A stretch of DNA of 64,000 nt from Octopus sinensis. Its lineage: Eukaryota. A program made the translations under genes and the position numbers. Below are positions 1-12,829 of the stretch, one piece after another (positions within the stretch are counted from its first letter, which is position 1; every line of letters begins with the position of its first letter). Where the stretch lies: assembly GCF_006345805.1 (NCBI RefSeq), contig NC_043006.1:33170001-33234000 (forward strand), written 5' to 3'. Below the pieces are notes generated by a model. The model had not been told where the DNA came from. It did not search any database and worked only from the letters and a program-made list of their open reading frames with translations.

Positions 1-1255
1 GTTTGTTCGTGTATGTGTATGTGTGCGTCTGTGTGTGTGTGCGCGTGTATGTTTGTGTGTTTTGTGTGTTGGTGGGAATGTTATGTGTGTGTACGTGAGT
101 GTGTGTGCCTCTATCTGAGTATGTTTGTGTTGTTTAAATTGTCCTTGTGTGTGTGTGTGTGTGTGTGTGTGTGAGCAACCATATGTGTGTGTGAGGATGC
201 ATAAGTATGTGTGCGTCTGTGTGTGTGTGCTTGTGTATGCTTGTGTGTTTCGTGTTGGTGGGGATGTTATGTGTGTGTACGTGAGTGTGTATGTACGTGA
301 GTGTGTCTGTTGTGTCTGTCTGAGTATGTTTGTGTTTTAATTGTCCTTGTGGTGTTTGCGTGTGTGTGTGCGCGCAACCGTATGTGCGTGTGTGAGGTTG
401 CATATGTATGTGTGTGTGTAAGTGTGTTGTATTTATCAGGGGCTCTGTGTGTGTCCGTGTGTGTTGGGTTCATCGGGGTGGTGTGTATGTGTGTGCATGT
501 GCGTTTTGTGTATGATGGAACTGAGTATACGCTTGTGCGTGTGTATATATGTGGGTATAGTTTATGTAGTTTTCAGGTGTGTGTGTATGCACATGTGTGT
601 GTGTGCTGCATTTGTGAGTGATTTGTTTTGTTTGTATTGTTAGTGCAGTGTGTGTGTATACGTGTGGGTGTGTTTGTGTGAGTGTGTCTATGAGTCTTGC
701 ATTTGTCGGGGAGGTGTGTGTCATTGTGTGTGCGCATGCTTGTGTGTATGTGTGTTTGTGAGTGTTTGTTGTGGTTGTTGGGATTGTATTGTGTGTATAT
801 GTGTGTGTCTTTTCTTTTGAGTGTGTGTGCATGTGTTATTTTATTACTGGGGTACGGGCGTATTGTGTGTGTGTGTCTACATGTGTGCATATATGCGTGT
901 GTGTTTGTGTGGGTTGTGTTGTAGTTGCGTGTTTGTGTGTGTATCTGTGTATGTGTGGGCGTGTTTGTGTTAATGTGATTTGTAATTGTCGGGGTGGTGT
1001 GTGTCGGTGTGTGCATGTACGTGTTTACATATGTGTGTGAGTGTTGTTTATGGTTGCTATAATCATATTGCAAGTGTATATATGTATGAATTTTTCTTGG
1101 AATGTGTGTGGGTTTGTGCTCTAGTGTGGGAATATTGTGTTTGTGCGTGTGTGTATTTATGTGTGTGTGTGTTTGCATCGGAGGTTTGCATTGTTTTTGT
1201 GTGTGTGTGATTTTGTATATCTGTATGTGTTTCTGTGTGTGTTTGTTTTGGATGT
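1..1255. repeat. Degenerate (TG)n-rich array with internal block duplications
   Basis: TG-dominated sequence in which whole blocks recur, e.g. GTGTTGGTGGG(A/G)ATGTTATGTGTGTGTACGTGAGTGTGT near 65 and 253, and TTGTCGGGG(A/T)GGTGTGTG near 702 and 986. ORFs here are repeat translations. Confidence 0.9.
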
Positions 1256-1720
1256 TTACCTGGGGGGTATGTTAGAGTATGTCGAGTTGTGGTCTGTATT
1301 TTTGAATAAGATTATTTCTCTATGTATTCGTGTTTGGTCGGTGGTGTTGTCCGGGCATTGGTATAGTGGGAAAACCAGGAATTTGGGGGACTTGTGTGCA
1401 CAGAGATCTAAATGCCCACTAAGTGGTATCTGTCTTGTGGTGGGATTCCTCAATTGTTGGCGGTGAACTGTCATCCTTTCTCGGAGGGTAAGGCTCAGTA
1501 ACACTAACTGTCTCCGTATTACTGCACTAATTTAACCGTATACCCCAGAAACATCTGTAAAGTGTTACCCGCATTCTCCAGTTCCATAGGTGTGAGGTTC
1601 GAGTATGAACTCTCCAAATTTTAACCGATCTATCCATGGTGAACCACTGCAAATAAACTACTTGGACTTCCATTATTCTTGTCTGTGACGCTAGTCTGAG
1701 CATTCCGGATATATTTCTCA
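1256..1720 (-). pseudogene. Penelope-like retroelement, decayed GIY-YIG endonuclease C-terminus
   Basis: ORF 1256-1504(-) reads LTLRERMTVHRQQLRNPTTRQIPLSGHLDLCAHKSPKFLVFPLYQC...TRIHRE, matching the PLE GIY-YIG pattern (L..R...H...I, H...C, F.V.P, R...E). The upstream GIY/YIG part is disrupted. Confidence 0.7.
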
Positions 1721-2781
1721 TTTATGGAGAATTACGATGAACTCTTGCGTCTCTGATTTTTCTGCTTAATTTATATATTTTTATACATACTTCTTTATGA
1801 CTATTTTATAAATGCTTCGACACCATTAGCAACCGTGTGACCATCTTTATTGATTTTATGGAAAATATAAATGTAAATATACACAGAATAAGTGGAACGT
1901 ACAGAAAGGTGAAATGGTGCAACCAAAGCAATATGACAATAAAACATTTCACAAAAGGATAAAAATATTGAACGTTGAACGGTGTAAAGTGAGAAGTGAA
2001 ATAAAGCATAGCTCTAAATAACAGTAGAGATAGAGAATAAAGATAAAACTATCAATAATAATAACATCTCAATAAAAAGTGAACGTGTAAAGATAACGAT
2101 ACAACCGCAGGATATAAAATAGTTTGAAGTAGGCAGAGTTAAAACAACAGACGTGTATACAAGTATACTCGAAGAAAAGAAGAACAATGCTATATGCTTG
2201 TCTATATATACTTGTTTATACAGACCATCTCGCTCTGTGAGTATGTACGTATGTATGTATATATGGATGAGTGCATATTTATATATGCACATACATATAT
2301 ACATATTATACATATTCTCATATATACTCATTATACGTATACACAAATATACACATTATACTCACACACATACATATTTGATCCAGGACAGGGCTGAAGG
2401 TCAATATTTCAGTTACGATACTCAGTAACCTGTATTGTACACTTGACATTCAGATATACATTGATTCTTATAATGGCGCTGATTAGATTAGGTGTAACTC
2501 TTTCTAGTTTATTAATTACTGAGATGTCAATATAGATACATATACCGACTTCAAAGTTGACTGGTAATCACTCCGAGAATTTCGCACACATACACACACA
2601 CACCGACACACACACACAAACACACTCGCACACACATTAGTTTAAATATATGTCGTATTTTTGTTCACGAGTATGGTAATTGTTTGATGCGAATAGCGTG
2701 GAACACATACACACGTGCATGTGTATCATATTATATTATATTATATATATTAATATATATTATTAATATATATATATATAT

Positions 2782-2813
<32 letters not shown>

Positions 2814-2825
2814 ACACACACACAC

Positions 2826-2860
<35 letters not shown>

Positions 2861-3075
2861 CTATATATATATATATATATATGCATGCATATGTATGCGT
2901 GTTTAGGTTAGCATCTAATTTAATAATCATAGCATGTTTTCGTGCATATGACTCATTGATCACAAGTGAAGTTCAAGAGACGCCTCTAATGGAAGAAATT
3001 CGAATCCAATCGGTTACATGGGTGGAAGAGCGCTGTGGATTATTCATTCAATTACGCTCTCTTTTGACATGACAT

Positions 3076-3159
<84 letters not shown>

Positions 3160-3311
3160 ACATGCACACACATATTCATTCCTTCATTTATTCATTCATA
3201 TACATATATATATACACACATACATACATACATACACACCACACACACATAAATATATATATATCTATATACATATACATATATATATATATGATGTGTG
3301 TATATATATAT

Positions 3312-3362
<51 letters not shown>

Positions 3363-3423
3363 TTATGTATATATATATGTATATATATATATATACACAT
3401 ATATGTATATGTATATATATGTG

Positions 3424-3455
<32 letters not shown>

Positions 3456-3580
3456 CCACATACACACACATATATATATATATTCATGCATATATATATA
3501 TATTATATATATATTATATATATATATATACATATGTATATATACATGCATGTGCATGTATTAACACCCCATATAATGTT

Positions 3581-3615
<35 letters not shown>

Positions 3616-3660
3616 ATATGCATCTGCATATATAAATACATTTTGTATATATTTATACAT
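3076..3660. repeat. Pure (CA)n tract followed by compound (TA)/(CA)/(TATG) microsatellite
   Basis: Directly visible; roughly 40 perfect CA units from 3076. Confidence 0.95.
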
Positions 3661-4128
3661 ACACTCAAGTACACTCGCAGACACATATATGTACATAAAT
3701 CGAAAGAGACATAACGCAAGTGAAAAGAGCGGGAGAGAATAGGTCTATTGTTCCGCAACTCTCGATTGCATGGTTACGGCTACAGTGTGACATAAGACTG
3801 CTTTTGATATGTCATATGTTACCAGAAGCGATGCAACGGCCAATAGAATTAAGATAAGTGTCCTGTGTATAATTGATAATGGAAAATTGTTACTGGAAGC
3901 GATGTTATTCAGTACAATTATATGTATATCAATTCATATTGTCAATCAAGAACAGGCAGAGATACTGTGCAAAGCAAATTATAAATATTTGATCACGACA
4001 CATTAAAGACAGTTCAGGATCGAGTACTATTGAAGTCGTTCATCGATGTCAAAATGTGTGCATTCAGAGGATAATACCAAACCAAGAGGGCCAGTTTCTA
4101 TCTCTCTCGCGTATATGTGTAGTTTTGC

Positions 4129-4214
<86 letters not shown>

Positions 4215-4231
4215 ATCTATCTATCTATCTC

Positions 4232-4620
4232 AGTAAAAAAAAAAAAGATGAGTGAATGTAGCAAGTGAATGTATGAGTGAATGTATGAATGACGAAGCCA
4301 CCTTGACTATGATTCTATGACCCGTAAAAATTAATACAGAGAGTTGCTTATTTGCAAAAAAAAAAGAAATATAACATATGACTTCATTGACCAAGGTTAC
4401 CGTGGTCTTTTCCGTAGGCTTTTCTTTCCACGGGTAAACCTCACCTGTCCTCCTCTTTACACTTCATATTGACATCTCTGTGATAACGATCCCTCTTTCT
4501 TTCCATTTACGATCTCTTTTGATCGAAAACCAAACCCCCTTCTTTTACCCCCAAAAGAAAAGCACTACCTTGTAATTTTGTCCTGTCTGTGTGCAGCCCT
4601 GTGTGGCTAATAAAGAAACA
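4232..4620 (+). mobile_element. Tx1-like (L1 group) LINE 3' end, copy 1
   Basis: Encodes VNVAS...MNDEATLTMIL*, then a 3' UTR with GGTTACCGTGGTCTTTTCCGTAGGCTTTTCTTTCCACGGG, ending CAGCCCTGTGTGGCTAATAAAGAAA. Flanked on both sides by (TATC)n. Confidence 0.7.
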
Positions 4621-4628
4621 TATCTACG

Positions 4629-4709
<81 letters not shown>

Positions 4710-4762
4710 GTCGGTCTGTCTGTCGGTCTGTCTATCTGTCTATCTATCTGTCTGTCTGTCTG

Positions 4763-4793
<31 letters not shown>

Positions 4794-4811
4794 GTCTCTC
4801 TCTATCTTTCT

Positions 4812-5330
4812 ATCTGGTGTTTATGGTGAAAGAATGTGTGTAGTGGACTCGCACGAAAGGTTTAGAGACAAGCACTTTCCCCTCGAGCCAGCCTCTAATC
4901 AACTCCTTCAAGTATCACTTGAAGAGGAAGGTGAGAATAGAAAGGGAATGTTAGTCTAATGAAAAGTTCAACAAAAGGTGGGTGAATGTGGCAAGGATGG
5001 TACGAATAAATGACGGAACCAGCTTGAGCATGATCCTATAAAACGAAGAGAGAAAGAGCGCCTTGCTCTCATGTTAATGTTTTTCTTTTCCGTTTCCGAG
5101 GTCACCGTGGTTCTTTTTCGTAGGTTTTTCTTTCCACGGATAAACCTAGGAATTGTTACATTCTTCATCCCTTTTGCGAACTCTAATTGCCAACAACGAC
5201 TTGTGTGTTATTTCCCTGTTTACGCGTCCAAAAAAAGTTTTTCGTTCCCTTTTGATCAATTTTCAAAAGGAAAATCTCTACATTGTATTGTCCCCTTTGT
5301 TTTCGGCCCTATGTGACTAATAAGGAAATT
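4812..5330 (+). mobile_element. Tx1-like LINE 3' end, copy 2 (ORF2 C-terminus plus 3' UTR)
   Basis: Manual translation: [70 protein letters not shown], resembling Tx1-clade ORF2 ends. The 3' UTR is homologous to copy 1. Followed by (TATC)n. Confidence 0.75.
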
Positions 5331-5334
5331 TATC

Positions 5335-5413
<79 letters not shown>

Positions 5414-5414
5414 C

Positions 5415-5702
5415 ACCATATATCATAACACTGTGATACACGATCCCTATTGATCGTTTTTTTTCCTCTTCCCCTTTTTTCTTCTTTTTTTCATTTCTCT
5501 TTTCTTATGTTCCTTTTCCTTTTTTTATGTTATTTCTTGTTCTTTTTTTTCCTTTTTACGATCACTTTTGATTGAAAACCTACGCCACCTTTTTTTGTTT
5601 CTTTTGTTTTTTGTTTTTTGTTTTTTTTATCCCCCAAAAGAAAAGCTCTACCTTGTAACTTGTCCCATCTGTGTGCAGCCCTGTGTGGCCTATAAAGAAA
5701 CT
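5415..5702 (+). mobile_element. Tx1-like LINE 3' UTR, copy 3
   Basis: Shares GATCACTTTTGATTGAAAAC...CCCCCAAAAGAAAAGC..TACCTTGTAA...GTGTGCAGCCCTGTGTGGCCTATAAAGAAA with copy 1; lies between (TATC)n tracts. Confidence 0.7.
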
Positions 5703-5783
<81 letters not shown>

Positions 5784-5835
5784 AGTCAGTTAGTCTGTCT
5801 GTTTGTCTGTCTGTCTATCTATCTATATATCTATT

Positions 5836-5893
<58 letters not shown>

Positions 5894-5935
5894 TATCTAT
5901 CTGTCTGTCTGTCTCTATCTATCTACCTGTATATC

Positions 5936-7010
5936 TGTGACCATATGAGATTTACATTTCAACATTGTCCTCTTTGCGGTGTGCACACTTCTTCCGTTGG
6001 TATTGCAGTGCTTCGATACCATTGGTGAAGAAGGTTTCGCTCTGTTGGTGAAAAAGTCATTGACAGCAGATTGGACTCCATCACTGTGATACTGGTTCCC
6101 AACCAAGTGTCTTTTCATGTTTGGGAACATATGACGATAGAAAACTGTGAGGACAAAGCAGGAGAATAGGGAAACTGATAAACCAATTCAAAGCCACAGT
6201 CACGCACAACAGCCACTGAAACCAAGAACTTGTGTGCTGGAGCATTGTCCTGATGAAACACTGCCGTTTTCGTCACTTTTCCTGGTCGTGATAGCATTTC
6301 ATATCTGCCTCAGTAAGTTAAGCATAGTACTCGCCATTGACATGTGACCCTTTGAAGATAATCAATAAGCAAAATGCCTTTTGCATCCCAAGAAACTGAG
6401 GCCGTCATCATCCCTGGAATTAAAACACGTTGGCCTTCTTTGGAGCAGATGAGGACAGATGTTTTCCCTGCACAAATTGTGTCTTTGTCTCCGGCTTAAA
6501 GTGATGAACCAATGCTCCCTTTGGGTTAGGAAACGTCCAAAGAAATCAACAGAATCTGCCTCAAACAACGTCCGATATTCCCGTTGTACTTTTGATTGGG
6601 TGTCAGAAGACGTGGTATTCACTTAAGGCAGAAATCTTCACCATGCCAAGTTCCTTGTGCAGAATATTCTCAACTCTCTCACAGGATACGTTAATAGTAT
6701 TTGCTATTTGATTTATCGTCATTCGCTTGTCATCCATCACCTTGTAGCGATCAATGTTTTCCTCGGCGGTGGTAGAATTAGGATGTCCAGAACCTGAGTC
6801 ATTGTTGAGTCTCTCCCTACCCTTTCTAAATTTAGTCGCCCAATTTTGCACTGTTGATAAAGTTATTGCAGCCATACCAGCATGAATGTCCTTTGGGGCT
6901 AAACTGTTTTTCTGCGATCCCAAATTGTGTCCATTTTCAAGAGAAGTTACTATTTGTTCACTATTTGTTACTTTTGAGCAGTCAGGTGTCACTTTATCTG
7001 GAATGAAACA
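5936..7010 (-). pseudogene. Mariner (DD34D) transposase pseudogene
   Basis: Frameshifted pieces in the expected order: HTH (TVQNWATKFRKGRE..NDSGSGHP...ENID...MTINQIANTINVSCERVENILHKELGMVKISA), central region, VFHQDNAPAHK...RDCGFELVYQFPYSP, and FPNMKRHLVGNQYHSD. Confidence 0.9.
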
Positions 7011-7038
7011 ATACAGTTATTTCCAAGAAGAGTTGCAA

Positions 7039-7175
7039 TTAACCCATTAAGTCCTACTGTCCTATAAATAGGACACTAAACGAGAATATTAAAAAAGCAA
7101 TATCACATTATCTCGGTGTCCTATAAATAGGACACCGAGTATTTCCATTTCAACTTGAAGTAAAGGAGTTTTAAT
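7039..7175. mobile_element. Short palindrome-containing element, possible piggyBac-type MITE remnant
   Basis: Starts TTAACCC. Contains TGTCCTATAAATAGGACA (7058-7075) and the 13-bp-arm palindrome CTCGGTGTCCTAT-AA-ATAGGACACCGAG (7112-7139). The right terminus is poorly conserved. Confidence 0.35.
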
Positions 7176-7287
7176 AATTATCCTTTTCATTTTAATATAT
7201 TTTCAATCATCAGTAAAAATTTAAAAGTAATATTCAGAAATTTAAGTGTATGTATATATATATGTATATATATGTATATATATATAT

Positions 7288-7465
7288 AATGTTCCGGTGA
7301 GCTGACGAGTAAGTCTTTATTTACATTAATGTGGATATAAAAATTTCTTGTGTAATGTTCTTCATGCTTATTGATCGAAACATACATGTATAATTTTACA
7401 TAATTACTAGTATTACCTGAAAAAAGTTGACGAAACGGCTGTAATCATATGCGAGTCATATGGAA
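7288..7465 (+). repeat. ~178-bp direct repeat, copy 1 (partner 9510-9688)
   Basis: About 4 differences from the copy at 9510-9688 by eye; both start right after a (TA)n tract. Confidence 0.95.
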
Positions 7466-7555
7466 TTACTGGAATTTCTAGCATCACTCCTTCAGAGTCG
7501 ACCCTCCAACTTTTCATTCCATACTCCTATGATCCACCTGAATACATTTTGAACA

Positions 7556-8114
7556 TACGAAGTTGAGTCAAAAAGTAATACCATTTTGTTTAGGACAGGT
7601 ATAATTACCATCACAGGAACATGTATCATACATCAAAATGGAGCTGATCCTACATCCCTACATCTCAACATAGTCACGTTTCTCTCAATAGCAATGCTCC
7701 ACCTTTGAACGAGAGCATGTATCCCTGCCCCGTAAAACTCTGTTGACTGTTTTTGAGTCACTTCTTCACTACAGTTTTCACTCCCTCGTTACTGGAATAA
7801 TTTTGCGCCTTCAGACTTATCATCTCTTCGGCCCCATGAAAGAGTGTTTGAGAGGCAAATATTATTCCAGTGACGAGGAAGTGAAAAAAGTAGTGAAGTG
7901 GCTCAAAGGACAGTCAACAGAATCTGACGGGGCAGAGATATATGCTCTCATTCGAAGGTGGAACGTTGCTGTTCAGAGAAATGATGACTATGTTGAGAAG
8001 CAGGGATGTGATCCACAGAGGACAAGCTTCCTTTTGATGTATGATACATGTTCCTGTGCTGGTAATTAAACCTGTCCTAAACAAAATGGTATTACTTCTT
8101 GACTCACCTTCGTA
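7556..8114. mobile_element. Mariner fold-back non-autonomous element made of two inverted 3' ends
   Basis: TA + CGAAGTTGAGTCAAAAAGTAATACCATTTTGTTTAGGACAGG at left and its reverse complement + TA at right. The right arm encodes YHLFGPMKECLRGKYYSSDEEVKKVV.WLK...LIRRWNVAVQRNDDYVEK. The left ~250 bp is the reverse complement of the same region. Confidence 0.85.
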
Positions 8115-8711
8115 TATATCAAAATACACACATATACAAATTCTTATGCAATGCGGAGACAGATCGGTGTCTTTCATGCGGCTTTGGCTTAATTTTTCTA
8201 CCCATTTCCTGAAACCCTATTGAGGGTGTGATGACGGACGAGAAAAGGAGAAAGCGATGTCAGAAAGCGAGGTAGGTACCTCATAACTTTCTATGTTGGG
8301 AGGTTAGCTGGGGGAGGCTTGTTCGGTGTCTATTGCGTATGGCATTAAGCTTCTGAACTATTTTGACCACTAAACACATTAACAACAAAACCAACACGAA
8401 AAGTAAAAATCATTTTATAATTGCAGAATCATGAACAAATACTGCTTGAGAGGCACTCGAAAAAGCACACACACACATACACACGCGTGCTTGCGCTCAG
8501 TCATGCAAGCGCTCACACATTCTATATTCTAGACACACATGATGATTAGCAATAGGCTGCAAAATCTTTCTAAAATATCGATCTTGTCAAACTCTTGGCA
8601 AGATGGATAAGAAGCTTTCTGCAGAGTTAAAAAGTATTAAGTTTATAAATAAATACCACTTTCGGCAACTTTTACGTTTCCGTTCGTTTACGTCTGTCTC
8701 CATATGGGCTT

Positions 8712-8793
<82 letters not shown>

Positions 8794-8841
8794 TGTGTGT
8801 GTGTATACATATATATGTGTGTATGTATGTATGTATAGATA

Positions 8842-8877
<36 letters not shown>

Positions 8878-8979
8878 CATACATACATACTTACGTATGT
8901 ATGTATATATATATAAATAGCAATAATCCTTGGATGGAATTTATTAACATTAATACTTATAAATTCCATCCTAGGATTA

Positions 8980-9018
<39 letters not shown>

Positions 9019-9031
9019 TTATACTACATTA

Positions 9032-9090
<59 letters not shown>

Positions 9091-9092
9091 CA

Positions 9093-9312
9093 TAAGTTCA
9101 GTAAAATTTAGATTCAGATGAATATGGTACTTAAGTTAAAGGCACCAGAATTTTGTATAGTATTATCCATATAATTAAAAATAAAGTGATGATAATCAAA
9201 ACAAGCAACAAGGATATCCAGAGGTAATGCAGTACGATCGTCTCATGCCACACCATTTCATTGAACAATGCAAACATTACATTAATTAAAATGTAGAGCA
9301 ATCTTCAGCTGA
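9093..9312 (-). mobile_element. PLE-like terminal fragment with decayed hammerhead-like motif
   Basis: 9109-9245 is the reverse complement of about 14285-14420. The minus strand reads CAG-CTGAAGA-TTGC...GAGACGATCGTA-CTGC. Embedded in (TA)n. Confidence 0.5.
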
Positions 9313-9323
9313 TATATATTTAC

Positions 9324-9379
<56 letters not shown>

Positions 9380-9439
9380 ATATATATATGTATATATATG
9401 TATATATATTATATATACATGTATATATATATATTATAT

Positions 9440-9489
<50 letters not shown>

Positions 9490-9509
9490 GTATATATATA
9501 TATATATAT

Positions 9510-9688
9510 AATGTTCCGGTGAGCTGACGAGTAAGTCTTTATTTACATTAATGTGGATATAAAAAATTCTTGTGTAATGTTCTGCATGCTTATTGATCGA
9601 AACATACATGTATAATTTTACATAATTACTAGTATTACCTGAAAAAAATTTGACGAAACGGCTGTAATCATATGCGAGTCATATGGAA
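9510..9688 (+). repeat. ~178-bp direct repeat, copy 2
   Basis: Near-identical to 7288-7465. Confidence 0.95.
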
Positions 9689-9709
9689 CAATGCCTCTGT
9701 TCTTTCATT

Positions 9710-10092
9710 GTTTTATTTGTTTCAGTCATTTGACTGCGACCATGCTGGAGCACCTCCTTTAGTCGAGCAAATCGACCCCATTACTTATTCTTTGTAAGCC
9801 TAGTACTTATTCTATCGATCTCTTTTGCCGAACTGCTAAGTTACAGGGACGTAAACACACCAGCATCGGTTGTCAAGTGATGTGGGGGGGGGGGCAAACA
9901 TAGATGTAAACACACTCACATACATGCGACGGGCTTCTTTCAGTTTCTGTCTACCACAATTACTCACGAGGCTTTGGTCAGCCCGAGGCTATAGTAGAAG
10001 ACACTTGCCCAAGGTGCCACGCAGTGGGACTGAACCCGGAACCATGTGGTTGGTAAGCAAGCTACTTACCACACAGCCACTCCTGTGCCTAG
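9710..10092 (-). mobile_element. tRNA-headed SINE, family A
   Basis: Minus-strand head GGAGTGGCTGTGTGGTAAGTAGCTTGCTTACCAACCACATGGTTCCGGGTTCAGTCCCACTGCGTGGCACC (A/B-box-like); tail ...CATGGTCGCAGTCAAATGACTGAAACA. Multiple copies in the window. Confidence 0.85.
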
Positions 10093-12829
10093 TATTTACT
10101 TCTCACACCTGATTTAATGATTAAATGTATGTATATATATATGTGTGTGTGTGTGTGTGTGAGTATGTGTATATATATGCGTGTTTTTATGTGTGTATGT
10201 ATATATGTATGTGTGTATGTATGCCTATATTTATGTGTGTATGTATGCGTGTATGTATGTGTATATGTATGTATGTGTGCATGTATGTACGTATGTACGT
10301 ATGTATGTGTTTGTAGATATGGACATATATTGTGTATACGTATATGTATATATACTGTGAAGTAACATTCATGATTGCATCCGCAGATAAATACTAAAAT
10401 AAGATATTTTGGATTTAGAACGTTTACAACCTCCCCCCACAAAAAAAGTAAAAGAAAAATCTAGCCAGAGCTGAACGCCATTTTGAAGTGCTGAGCCAAT
10501 GTTGATGTATATAACACCTGAAATCACACAGATAATGAACTGGTCGCTGTTATATTTGCTTCTAAAATGTGAAATATTTTTTTTATCGCTTGATACTAAT
10601 TCACTGAACTGACAATGTTAATGATCCTGGAGGGGATAAACGCTCGATCATCTTGTGTGCGAAGAGAATGTCGACAGTCAAAACAAAGTCGATAGCTAAA
10701 TGTTCTCAAGAAAGAAATGCTGACAACCATAACTGTCGATATTCACACTGCTGATAGTTTTGTTTAGTGATAAATGAAAAAGAAAAAAATAGACCATAAT
10801 TTCTTTTAAGACTGAAGAAGCTTATTGAACAGAAGTTCTTTTTAAAATTTGTATGTTTAAAAAGAAACATTTGCAAAAACAATTCGGTTTAAAATGAAAG
10901 TTAACCGAAATTGTGAGTCATTGACCTTAAGAAAAACACGAGGTTCGTTGAACTCTAAGCTTTGTAACATGTCTAATTACGATCATTATGAATCATGGCA
11001 GTTATGCATTCATCCCATTTCGGTCCCCAAACATATTTTTACGAAAATTCAGTTTTAGCTTGTTATACGGCTGCCTTTTCTTATCAAGTCCAGGCAAGGC
11101 CAAGTAGGCTATCGTAAATCTTGTATTGATTAATCGGTGCCATTTGTTGATCTGAACATATCAGATTCAACTCGTCTGTAAACAAATTGTATGAAGCTCG
11201 GCATTAAAGACTAAGCAACTTTATAAACAACGCCAAACCAAAGACTTCCAAAATATAACAAAAACTCTTTATGAAATCCCCAAGTTCATTAAATACAATA
11301 AACACATCCAAAAGCTGAAAATAGCCGCCTAGTAGGGTCAATGTGGGATCGCAATTTCTACGTATTCTTTAATAAGGCCATTTCGAAGTTAATTACGCGT
11401 CATTCTGGACACACTTTCGTCTCCTTATGGAAAACGATGTGGTTTAATGGCTTTCGCTCTTATTTTTGGTAATGCCGAAAAAATTTAGCTTTAGTTTCTG
11501 AATGAGCAGGAAGCATTGAAAAAACTATATTCTGAGTGGTGCACGTGAATTTATTCTGTTACCAAACCCCTTTTGTTGCTAAAATGTCTGAGACTTTTCA
11601 CTGTTGTGCATAAAAAAAAATAAACATATTACCTATAGTCATTAGTGTTTGTGCCGCCTTCCTATTTCCTGCACGATAAGGAATGTGTAAGTAGCAATGA
11701 TTTTTCACACATAGCATTTGGACTTGGAACAATTTCCTGAACAGAATACAAGTTGCTTAACCAAACGTTTCAAATTATCTACGACCACAACCAGAACCGA
11801 AACAGCGAAATTCTGTTGCGAGAACGATAACTAAAAAAATATTTTGGAAAAGGCGGTGAGTGCTAAAAGCCATCTACACTGGTTTAAGCCAGAAGCACTC
11901 ATGGGAAACATAAAGAGGTCAAATACGCCAACTGCTCTTCCACGAGGGTAAAGAACCTTTAAATCTATCTAAAAACAAATCGATAATTCATAATCAAGAC
12001 TAGTTTAGTTTTTCCCCAGAGAAATCTTAAATCGGTAACATTTTAAAGGTTATCATCTCCCAGTTATTATCTAAAAGTCGTAGAGTATGTACAAACACAC
12101 ACATATACGCACATGCACACACACACATGCGCACACGCACACACAGACGCCAACATACACACACAAGCATTCAAGCACGCACGCACACACGTACATAATG
12201 ATGTTTGAACGGGAGAAGGATGTGTTCATTTAATGCATTTTATTCATTCCTTTGTAGAGAATGTTTCAGTCCATTACAATTCAGAAATTCTCGTGAGTAT
12301 GCGTTTGTACATAAATCTGAACAAACGCAAATACACGTGAGGAAATTTGGAGCAGCAATGCTATGAATCCTCACATACAAATATAAGCTTGCATGCATGC
12401 ATACAGACACATTATTGGGGCTTTGAGATGTGTAACACACTGCTTAAATACCAATCTTGGGAAATTAAGCTTCCCAAAACCAGAAAGGGGAACGTCGAAG
12501 ACTACAGATCCAATATAAAAAAAAAACTGTAAAACTTTCCAGAAGTTTATCATTTAAGTATATATAAGCATGTCTAGATATGCAAATATATGCATGAGAA
12601 AACATACAAATCTACATACATACATACATACATGCATACATACATACATACATACATACATACATACATACATACATACATACATACGTACATACAAAAA
12701 TAGCCTGTTGATGATGTTGAATTTTCTAATGAAGGAACCTTGGATCTAGATCAGAAACCGACTTTCTGTATTAGCAAGAAATCTTGAAATAAAACTAAAT
12801 GACATACATACTTACATACATACGTTGGT

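Noticed and set aside
6603-6992. Functional mariner transposase or SETMAR-like fusion
   Set aside because: The reading frame is broken into at least four pieces and the YSPDLAPSD motif is degraded.
7288-9688. LTR pair of a retrotransposon
   Set aside because: No TG...CA termini, PBS, PPT or gag/pol remnant between the repeats.
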